NCBI GenBank assembly: GCA_002269645.1
Contig: NIVC01000867.1
Location: 310,001 to 374,000 of the forward strand
DNA from: Macrostomum lignano
Lineage: Eukaryota
Length of the DNA stretch: 64,000 nucleotides
Direction of reading: 5' to 3'
Shown here: positions 13,409 through 23,818 of the stretch, in pieces
How positions within the stretch are numbered: the first letter of the stretch is position 1
Layout: every line of letters starts with the position of its first letter
The notes under the pieces: generated by a model
Databases searched by the model: none
Told to the model about the DNA's origin: nothing
Seen by the model: only the letters and a program-made list of their open reading frames with translations
Made by a program: the position numbers and the translations under genes

Positions 13409-15106
13409 TCTCTAACTATAAAAATCAAAACTCTGTGTGTCTGTGTGTGTGTCTGTGTGTGGACAATTTTGATCGCTATGGACTCCCAAACCGCTCAACC
13501 AAATTACACCAAACTGTACACCCACCCTTAACTTACTACGGAGAATGTCTTAGGCTACCTTTTAATTTCCTAAATTTGAGTCTTCCTACCTAAAAGTGCA
13601 AAAAACTGCTCAAAATGCGCAATTTTTTCACTAAATCCCCTATAGCGCCGCTCCACTTCTACCGATTCTCTTCAAATTTGACACAGACAATTTTCAACTA
13701 TTTTGGCACAATCATGTAAAATTTCGAGTCTGAAAGTTAATCCTGAACGGCGGTGTGCACTTTTAAAGTTTGGCTGTTTTTTTCAGCGTAGCAACCACCC
13801 CAACCTCCGCCCGCCTGCCTCTCTTTCCCGATACCGATCTGGGCCCAGATGTGTAAAAGGGTTTCAAAATTGACTAACTTTCAGCTCCCATAAGTTTGCT
13901 CCACGTAAAGCGATTGACTTCAAACTTGACACAATTCTTTATTGACCCATTCTCTATCTAAATGTAAAGTTTCAACTCTGTAACTCAACCAAAAAAGAAA
14001 CTGTAAGCATGTGAAGTTTGTCTGCTTTTTCTGTTGTTTGTGCCACTCACTCACTCATTGCCCCAGAGCCAGACGAAGGGTCAGGCGATAGGACTGAATG
14101 TACATAGCAAATGTACAGTGTTTTGGAAGTCCACCCCGAGAGTGGAGAGGCTACGTTTACCCATAACAGTTTAGTGAGAAATTTTAACCACTGCCCTCCC
14201 CTCTGTATTGGCAAACTCTGCAGCTGTTTAACACTGGATGGCAATTGGCAAATTGAGGGAATCCACTATCCAGCATGGTTTATAAAAGCGAAATATTTAT
14301 GAAAAGGCGATGCGATGCAATGCAATACAACCCTAGGCACACCATGGAAATTTTAGGTTTTCTTTTAAAGGTGTAAATATTAAAAGGCCTCCTAAGAAAT
14401 GCGTATTTCCTTGGTTGTTAGACTGATGCAGACTGCAGTGGAGCTGAAGATACACAAATTCCTTTCAGGGCTGCAAATTGGCAAGAAAGATGACGTGATC
14501 AAAGCATGAGAACAACCATGAGAGTACTACGTCCCACAAACTGGCTTTCCAAGCAGGGATGGGCAGACTTTTACTTCAAAGGCCAGATAAAGAATCCAGC
14601 TCATAGCTGAGGGCAGATGAAAGTGGAAAGAAGAAGGAATAGACGATTCGAAGAGAGGAGAGGCGACAGAGGGGATAAAAGAAAAGATAGGAGAGAAATA
14701 GGAGAGATGAGGGGGTGAGGACGATGAGAGAGAGGGGAGAAGAGGGGAGAGAGGAAAAGCGAGAGGAGAGAGTAGAGATGAGAGAGCAGAGAGCTGCAGA
14801 TGAGAGGAGAGAGGAGAGAGCAGAGAGGAAATAGGTGAAAGAAGAGATGAGAGAGTAAAGGGAAGAGAGAAGAGATAAAGATACATCTCTACATCTCTAA
14901 GGTTCTAGAGATGAGAGAGGTGGAAGGAGAGATAAGAGATAACGGAGAGAGGAGAGTGGAGTGAGAGAAGAGAGGGAGACAGAGTATAGAAAAGGGAAGA
15001 GAAGAGAAAAGAAGAAAGGAGAAAGGAAAGTGAGGAGTCAAAAGAGGGGAAAGAAAAGAGTACAGAGGAGAGAGTAGAGAGAGAAGGAGAGATAAGAGAG
15101 AAAGAC

Positions 15107-15161
<55 letters not shown>

Positions 15162-15741
15162 GCGGAGCAGAGAGAAATAAGAAGAGATAAGAGATAAAAG
15201 ATAAAAGAAGAGAAAGGAATGATGAGAGAGCAAAGATGAGAGAGAAAAGAGGTGAGGGAAGAGACGAGAGAAGAGGGGAGAGATGAGAGAGTAGAGGAGA
15301 GGGGGAGAGAGGAGAGAGGAGAGGAGAGAGAAAACGAAAAAGTAGAGAGGAGAAAGGAGGGGAGAGAGAAACGAAGAGACAAGAGAAGAGGGGAGAGAGG
15401 AGAGAGGAGAGACGAGGGACGAGAGAGATGAGAGGAAACAAAGAGACGATAGAAATTTTAAAGGATCCAAGGGAAGTAGGGAGAGTCAGGGAGAGACCAG
15501 AGTTTAGCAATACATGCTTTAGAGTCAGACAGACATTGCCTGACATTCTGCGCAGTACCCCAGCCAACAATGTCTCAAACCTTAATTTTACACGAATGTG
15601 CTCCATTTTATGTCTACCTCTATCCTACTAACTATTAACAAGTTTTTGTTTGTGTATGGCCTTAGATTTCAGAATACATGCAAAAATAGTTCCGGGGGTT
15701 GGAATTCCCTGGGTTCAAATTCCGCGGGTTTCAACAGCTTG
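13409..15741 (+). mobile_element. Helitron-like element, copy 3 (head-to-tail)
   Basis: Junction CAGCTTG|TCTCTA; 3' CTTG followed by T, completing an A|T target with 7682. Confidence 0.75.
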
Positions 15742-17940
15742 TTAATTATAAATGGCAAAATGTACTTATAAAGTTATTTGGCTTATTGTCAGCATATCAT
15801 CCCAACCTCTGCCTTTCTCTTTTTTATTTGGCATGATGTGGCAAAATAGGTTTCAAAGTTGACTAATTTTGGTTGCCATAAGTTTGCCCTACATAAAGCA
15901 ATTGACTTTAAACTAGACACAATTCTTTATTGACTTATTCTATTTCAATTAAAAGTTGCAAATAAATAACTTATTTGTAATAATTATAATATAATCATAC
16001 ATGCACAACCTCAAAAGTTTACCTGTCTAGTGCAACTTATTAGCTTTGTTCAGATTTGTGACATAGTTCCTCCCAATTGTGATTTAGTTCCTCTTGATTG
16101 CAACTTAATTTCCCTGATTGCGACCTAATTTTCACTTTTGTATATGACTTTTTCTCTTTCTCTCTCCTCTTTCTTCTTTCTCTCTTTTCTTTTCCTTTTT
16201 TTTCCTTACTTACTCTACTTTCCTTTCCTTACTCTCCTTTCCTAACTTACCTTGGCCAGCAGCCATTTCACCTGTCTGGTTTGGATAGGTTGGATGGGTG
16301 TTAGGCATGTATGAATATAATAATACAATTGATTACACTTGTCCTAATGGGCAGATGTCCAAATGACAGCTTAGCCACTGCTATTGTGTGGTGTACTAGA
16401 AGGCTACATATGGCTGTTCAGTCCAAAAGACTGGGGGGTTGCCACACACACCTTTAATTACATCAGCTAATACTGGTACCCATTTTACAGCTGGATGAAC
16501 TAAAGCAATGCAGAGTTAAGTGTCTTGTTAAAGGACATAAATTGATCCAAGTAAGTCAAGAATCGAACCCCGACCTTCAAGTTGTAAGTCTAATGCCTTG
16601 ACTACTAGGCTACAACCCTGTTTGCCATTAATTGTAATGGATATTGTAATCATTTGAAGTTTATCTACTTTTTAATGTTTGACCACTTTCACTCACTTAA
16701 CTCCCAGAGAAAGGGGTCAAATGATAAGGCTTAGTGTATATAGCAATCAATGTAAAATGTTTTGGAAAAAAATTATTGCCTTTTTGCATCCTATATATAG
16801 AGAGACTACTTTTAGCCATGGAATTTAAGAGAGAAATTCTTATCATTTTTGTCCTCTATATAAGCAATTTTGCAGTTCAACTGTAAATAAGGAAGAGGGC
16901 AAATCAAGGCAATGCAATATATTTTGTTTGTAAAAGTGAAAATTTATGAAAAAGCCTAGTAAAATATTTCTACTAAATTAGTTATACCATGAAAGTTAAA
17001 CTTATGCACTTTAGAATTTTAATGCCTCCAAAGAAATGTATTAAGTTGCTTGATTGTTAAAAGTTGCTAGAGATATAGAAATTCCTTATAGGGCTGCAAA
17101 TTGGTTAGAAAGATAATGTGATCAAAGCAGTCAGCAAATGGATAATAGAACAAAACAACCATGAGAATATTATGACTCACAAACTGGCTTTTGAAACAGG
17201 GGACAGCAGACATAACTCAAGGGCTAGACAAAGAATCTAGCTCATGGCTGTAGGCTAGATGAGAGTAGAAAGGAGAAGGAATAGACAATCAGAAAAGAGA
17301 GACAGGGTGAGGAAAGGGATCAGAGAAAAAACATAGATGATAAGAGGAGAGAAGAGGGAAGTAAAATGAAAAAAGCTAAGAGAAGAGGGGAAGAAAAAAT
17401 ATAAAAGAAAAGTGAAAATTGTAAGAGAGAAGAGAGGAGAAATAATAGATTAGACTAGACTAGATAGACTAGAGAAGAGAGGTAAGAGGAGAGAGGAGAA
17501 AAAAGAGAGGAAGAAAAGAAGAAGGGAAAGAAGAGGGAAAACAGAGAGAGGAATGGAAAGAGGAGAGATATATAATAGAATAAAAAGAAGAGAGAAGCAA
17601 GGAAATATAAGAGCAAAGGGTTAAGAGGAAAGAATAATAGGGAAAATAGTAAGGAGAGAAGATGGAAAGAAAGAGTAAAGAGGGAAGAGGAAAGATAAGA
17701 GAAGAAAAAGAAGAGAAGAAGAAACAGCTGAAAAATACAGGGAACTAAGATATGTTTCAAAGGCATCAAATTGTAATTAATTGTACATTTATTATGATTT
17801 TTGTTTGCCACAATCTTAACTATTAACAAGTTTTTATTTGAGCATGACTTCAAATTTAATAATATATGCAAAAATAGTTCTAGGACTAGGGATTATATAA
17901 TTCTATAATTTCAAAATCTGCAGGTTTTAATAGCCTATAT
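15742..17940 (+). mobile_element. 3' part of the older decayed Helitron-like copy (interrupted by a SINE)
   Basis: Resumes colinearly after the trimer (TTAATTATAAATGG vs TTAATCCTGAGCGG), has its own GA tract at 17240-17730, ends AATAGCCTAT vs AACAGCTTGT. Confidence 0.75.
16333..16620 (-). mobile_element. CORE-type SINE family 1, heavily C>T mutated copy
   Basis: Full-length alignment to the copies at 5682 and 46436. Confidence 0.8.
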
Positions 17941-18174
17941 ATTAAAGGAGATTTTCTTTTCTTGGTACTAGTTGTCGTAGTAAAACTAGAGACTTCAATA
18001 AAATTTCAATAAACATTAAACAATGAACAATAAAATCAAAGAGACAAAAAAAGGAGAATAATATGTTAAAAAATATTTTAGGGAAAAATCTAATTATATG
18101 CTACCTAGATACTAATTGTATACTAGTTCTATTTTAACCTATAAAGCTATAAAATATAAAACATATTTATAAAT

Positions 18175-19120
18175 GGCTCATTCCACATAACTTGGACAAA
18201 TTTGACAATTTTTTTTGTATTTCAACTGGTACAAGTATTTTTTTTCAAGTAAACATATATGGAAACAAACTTCTAGACTCCATTTATGTCCTATACTAGT
18301 TGGGCATAAGTTTTTTGTTTTTGAAGTTTTTTATTTTTTGGCTACCATATACTTCATTTTTATGGTCTTTTTTGAAACATGATAATTTGTATTGCCAAGT
18401 GACTTTTTAGGCCCAAAATTGTTTACTTATAGAATTACAATAGCCTAGTTGCTGTTTCAAAGAAAATATTTACAACTATGTTAGTACAAGTGCGCCTAGG
18501 TACTTAATTTTGTTTGGAAAAATCTATGTTACAACCATAATGATTAAAGTGCTTCATTTTGTAGCAGACACTAGGACTCTAGGAGCTTCACAGAGTGCTA
18601 GAAACCTACCAAATAAACATAACCAGGCTAGTTATTATGCTTCAAAAAGGTTTTTCCAGTTGTTTAAACCATGTGTATAAGATGGGGCATGTTATGACCA
18701 GAAGCTTCTGGTCATAACATGCCCTTTCTAGTAGTAACATAGACATTTCTTGGCATATTTGCACCCCTTTTTGCTTCAATGTGTATGGATTTCTTAATTT
18801 CAGCACTTCTGCTACTCTAGCCAAGTCCCTGATAGGCTCTAGATGACTATAAGGATGGTGAAGAAGATGCTTGGTGAACTGCAGCAGGCCTTTCAACAGA
18901 GGAAAGGCGACGCCTATCGAGAGGCTGAGAAGTAAAGAAGCTAGGCTTGCCAAGAGATTGCTGATACCCAGCAAATTTGCAAGCAGCACAACCAGGCAAA
19001 GGAGCGAATGTGCCATTTCTGAGAGAAGAAGCGCCTTGAGGCGGCACTGTGTGCTTCTACTCTTGATGCACAGCTCAGCTCTGCTCCTGGTAAAGCAGAG
19101 AAGAAGTCCTATAGCTTAGA
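18175..19120 (+). mobile_element. Decayed DNA transposon related to the GGCTCATTCC MITE; contains a stop-riddled coiled-coil ORF
   Basis: Starts GGCTCATTCCACATAAC like the TIR at 19970; carries decayed GGTCGTAACAT motifs; right end not found. Confidence 0.4.
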
Positions 19121-19238
19121 ATAGTCAAAGTCTTGTGCTGTGATCAAGTAAGTACTTTACTCAAGCCAAAATTGGCAATGCCTAAAATTATGCTGGCCCA
19201 TTTCATATATTCCATATAATTTTAAAAATCTGTCAATT

Positions 19239-19531
19239 CATACATGCGCAACAGTCGGCCGAGTCAACCAATATGGCTGACCGATTTGGCGGCCAACCAA
19301 GGAAGTTGCATACATCATAAAACATGCCCACTCGAAAAAACACCCAAGTAGTAGTACTAAGTACCTGACGAGGCCTTTTGGCTTAATAAGACAAGTTACT
19401 CCTGTCGTTTACCTAAAGTTAATTTTGCTTTAGGTTTTTTTTGCATTTTTGGCCAAAAACTACATTGTATTTTTGTTAAAACTAGGCCTAAGTCGCATGG
19501 CCGACCGAATTTTGGAGGTTGCGCATGTATG
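19239..19531. mobile_element. hAT-type MITE, 293 bp
   Basis: 14-bp perfect TIR CATACATGCGCAAC; 8-bp TSD TGTCAATT/TGTCAGTT. Confidence 0.8.
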
Positions 19532-19893
19532 TGTCAGTTGGATTAACTTCTATTAGCTGTAGACCTACTACTACCAGCTTGTATCATAAAACATGCACTG
19601 ATTTAACTCATTTACCTATGTGAGTATTAAGTATTAAGTAGGCCTAGGGCTAGGCCTAGTCTAGTATGGCCATAGATAATAAAGCAAATTTGTATTAAGT
19701 AACCCATCTAATGTTTTAGTATCTCTGAGTATAGGGCAATAGTGCAGTTTTGTTTGCAAAATTTCAAAAGCAGAAAACAATAACAATAATAAAAATTGAT
19801 GTTTTAAACCATTCTAACAATTTTGGCAGAGTTTTTAGCTCCCTGGTTGCCGAACTTTCCAACTTGTCATTGTGTTCTAGTGGCAGATATAGA

Positions 19894-21053
19894 CAGGGTT
19901 TTTTTGTGCGCAGAGTGTGCGTATGCACCCTAAATTTTAAAATTGCACCCTGAAATTAAAAAAGTAGATGGCTCATTCCATATAAGCATGGTCGTAACAT
20001 GACAGGTTATTTTTATTTATAAAATGAAATCTAATAATAGAATATACTAAACCAATATTTTAAATGAAAGATTATTTTGTCTAGAATATATTTATAGAGT
20101 TTCATATAGATATCATCATTAGTATAGATGCTATTAAACCTTAAATGACACTTATGGTCGTAACGACAGGATTTTTGACATATAGAAACTAAAAGGTAAA
20201 AGTCTTATAACATTTTTCATTTTTGATATTTTGCAATACATTTTTAAAATTTGACTAAGAACATCTTTAGAAATCATACTCTTTTATTAGAATATATAAA
20301 CTCAAAAGGCAACAAAGATACAAAAGAAAAGGCAGCCTTATGGTCGTAACATTATGGTCGTAACATATTTTTTCTGTCAATTCAGTAACTTTGAGGTACT
20401 AATACATTAAAAATATAATAGATTATTTGGTCACCAATGCTTTTATCTGATGATGCAAGTACTATACTTTTATCTATACTTTGTTTCAACCTTCAAAAGC
20501 TTTCTATTTGTTTTTAAAAGGTAAAAAATCTTAATGATGTCTTTTGCTTCGAAAAATGTCCAAATTTTTACAAAAATGACTTTTTGCCAATTGATAACAT
20601 ACTAATCCAACATTTTACCATTCCTTTATTCTTAGATTGTATATATTGCACAATATAAACATTTGGTAAAAAAATTGGCTAATTAGGCAATGGCAAGCAA
20701 AAATATTGACTTTTTTCTATTTTCCAAATATGTCTATCTTATATGGAATGAGCCAGATGCGGTTTAGGTGCGGTCTTATAACTCTTTTTCTTTAAAGGCT
20801 TAACCATGCTTAAGCTATTTTTCATGCACTGCCTTAAAATATGACACAAAATCACTCTTTAAATCCTATTAAGTCATATGGGCGATATAGCCTATGGCTA
20901 TAGCCTTATGGCTTATGTAAGATATTAAAATATACATTCCCAGTTGTCTGAAACAAGACTCAAGAGAAATTGCACTCTGAGCCTTAAAATCGCACCTTGA
21001 AATTTGGCACAAGGTGCGATTTTGCACCTTGTCTCTGGCAAAAAAAAACCCAG
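19894..21053. mobile_element. hAT-type MITE inserted in the Merlin element
   Basis: TIR CAGGGTTTTTTT...CAGAG vs its imperfect inverse; 8-bp TSD GATATAGA/GATACAGA. Confidence 0.75.
19970..20754. mobile_element. MITE with 4-bp TSD inserted in the hAT MITE (superfamily unassigned)
   Basis: 17-bp perfect TIR GGCTCATTCCATATAAG; AGAT duplicated at 19966-19969 and 20755-20758; internal repeated GGTCGTAAC motif. Confidence 0.8.
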
Positions 21054-23265
21054 GATACAGAGCTTGTCACTGGGCACTGTACTATTGGCAAATCCAGAAA
21101 AGCATGTTTCCAAAAGCTGTTTGCTCCAAACAGTTGGCATCACATAAACTCCTGGATGTGGCTCTCAAAGAGGGCATCGCTTGTTCCATGCATGGCCCTG
21201 AATTTGGCCTTGCAATGCACTCATATTCCTTCAATCGTGTTGGTATGGAGAGTTGCATCATTTGGGTCCACGAAATGGAGTTGATAGTTTAAGACACCAT
21301 GGTCTCCATGGCCACCAACTATATTCACCACTTGGTTGTAGGCTTGCCAACCATCAGTCAAGATCCATGTGCCAGGCACAGGCAGGACAAACTGCTGGAT
21401 TACAGGAAGCAGTGTTTGAGCAGACCTGTTAGGCACAACAATCACACACTTGGGGCTACCCTTTTCTACCATGCCAAGGACCCAATGACCCTCACGGTGT
21501 CGGTATGCACCCTGCTGGTATTTGCAATGAAAAAAATTGCTTTCATCAATTTCAACAGTAGTGCCAAGTCCACTAAGTTGCATCGGGTGGTCAATGAAGT
21601 ACTGCCATGTACTGGTAGCAAATGTCTCTAACAAAGTTGAGCCAGTCCACAGCCGTAGCCGTATGATCGCTAACGCAACACTTGTGCATCACGGCCATCT
21701 TGGTCTCATTCCTGGCCCAGCAGTACAGCAAGGTGACAAGCTGCTGCAGTGTCAGGTGACTACGCTCGAAGAAAGAGTCCTTCCTGATTCTTTGCTGACT
21801 GCAGCAAGTCGCTAGAATGGTTTAAAACATCGTTGTTATTGTTTTCTCCTTTCGAACTTTCAAATTTAAACGAAAAATAATTTCGTGAACGAAACTGCAC
21901 TATTGCCGAGTATGGCTATATTCAATGATCTATATTAAATGTATGTAAATTCAACAAAACACATCAAAACGATAAAAAATATTGCTAGGGCCTATTAGTA
22001 TTGTTTCTAAAATCGTATTCTATAAATCGTAGGTAAGATACCTAAATTTAATCCTCAACTAGACATAATTATTCATTGTGTTTACCAAAACGAGTTCAGT
22101 AACTTCAGTTTAGGTCGATGGGTCGAAGGCCTGCCTGTACATGCAAGTTAGCGCGCGAGTGCGGCGCTGAAAACTTGTTGATTCTGTAAAAAAGAAACAA
22201 AGTTAAAATTTTGCAAGTTTAAGGGTTTAAGCAAAGTTTGTTGGGTTCTACTTAGGTATAGGCCTAGTAGAAATGCATTGTTGATACTTAAAGTTAAAGG
22301 TTTAAATTTCTTTTTAATTAAGAATCAATTTTGTTTGAAGTAGATGTCAACGCTCGCCAGTGTTGTTTGCGTAAAATCAATGAAATTATGGAGACAAGAC
22401 ATTGTTCACGACTCACGAGTCACGACTAGGCGGCTTCTAGATTTCCACATGTAGTTAGGCCCTAGACCAGTTGGTTTTATAGACACGCATCATTGATTAC
22501 CATTAGGCCACTGGAAGCTTAAATTTAAACGCCTAAAATTAAAGGAAAAAGTAGACCTAAAATCCAAGTAGGTCTAATGCCAATGCCAAGCGGAAGCGGT
22601 ACTGCTGTAGTAGCCAGCCTAGAGTTTTTTTAATAAAATAATTTGTTCTAATTATCTAATACTAAGGTATTAAACTAATAATAAGTCGTCTGGTGTATTT
22701 AGGTTGAGTTTGTTGCATAGGGAGGCTTGTCGCTTATGTATATAATAGCTTAAGGACTAGGCCTATGCCTAGTAGTTACTCGATCATGGGTGCTATCAAA
22801 TTCGTCAACATCTAATTCATTCCCTCTGATTGACAATATCGTTGCATAGGCAGCTGTTTGCTGCTTTAGTAAAGTATAGGCCTAGGCTAGGCCTAATTCT
22901 AGATGGGTCCTAGTCACTTTGTCAACAAGCAAATTACTGGGAAGACCTTAGCTAAGCATTGGTCACTTTGTCAACTACCAATAAAGTTGCCCTAACACTT
23001 TGGTCACTTTGTCAACTAAGTTGACAAAATGATTACTTAGTCTAAATACTCATGGATGCTATCAAATTTGTCAACATCAAATTCCTCAACTCTATTAACC
23101 ATAGTAAACTCTAATAACCATGTTTTTTGATGCCTGTGCTTTTTGCTGTGCCCGTAGAATTTCGGTGCCCCAGTTTGCTTTTCAGTGCCTGCCTAGATTA
23201 TAAAGTAGAATAATTGGGACACAAAAAGATAGAAAGTGAGCCCTAAATTAGCAATAGCAGTACTT

Positions 23266-23818
23266 GGCAATCCTACACTTCCGTTCGGTAAATTATTTTC
23301 ACATTTGAATTTGTACCACCGAGTCAAATGACGTCGATTGGCAATGTGTCTATGGCCAAAAGTTTGAGCGAACAGAGTTTAAAGGGGTGTCAGTTTAAGG
23401 GAGCTATTGCTTGTGAGCTGCTTGTTTTATTGAGCTTCAATTTCTCATATCTTTCAGTCTTCATTGCCATGGAGACATGTCCACACCAACACCGTGGAGG
23501 GCACATGGGCCCACGCGAAGTGCAAGATCCGCAACATGCATGGCACAAGCGATGCTCTCTTCGACGCACACATTGAGGAATTTCTCTGGCGTCGTCTGTA
23601 TCCCCAATGTCTATTTGGGGCTATCCTGTACTGGATTGGACATTACTATCCATTGTAGACACCTTAATGACCTGCAGACACACTCTAAGTGACTATGCGC
23701 TCTAACAGACTGCTACCATGTTCCACTGTTTTAGTTTTGTTTGGTTACATTGTTATTTACCACGCCTGTTCAAAATTCAATGTCAAAATAATTTACCGAA
23801 CGGAAGTGTAGGATTGCC
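23266..23818 (+). mobile_element. Young Merlin internal-deletion derivative, 553 bp
   Basis: ~47-bp near-perfect TIR GGCAATCCTACACTTCCGTTCGGTAAATTATTTT; perfect 8-bp TSD CAGTACTT; retains transposase C-terminus HTNTVEGTWAHAK...FDAHIEEFLWRR (23464-23658). Confidence 0.93.

Larger units (their letters stand above)
19735..21907 (-). mobile_element. Merlin (IS1595/ISXO2-like DDE) DNA transposon, interrupted
   Basis: TIR GGCAATAGTGCAGTTT..., 8-bp TSD GAGTATAG/GAGTATGG; frameshifted transposase at ~21080-21830 (RKDSFFERSHL, VDWLNFVRDIC, VEIDES, ILTDGWQAY, HFVDP...HTNTIEG). Confidence 0.9.

Noticed and set aside
8904-17871. Many L/S-rich or E/R-rich ORFs
   Set aside because: Frames of GA/CT low-complexity tracts in the Helitron-like copies; the same applies to the ORFs at 53380-54270, 55871-56788, 59168-59918 and 61510-63573.
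21221-23658. Bacterial IS1595/ISXO2 insertion or horizontal transfer
   Set aside because: Merlin is the established eukaryotic branch of this family, and the 8-bp TSDs and GG-starting TIRs fit it.
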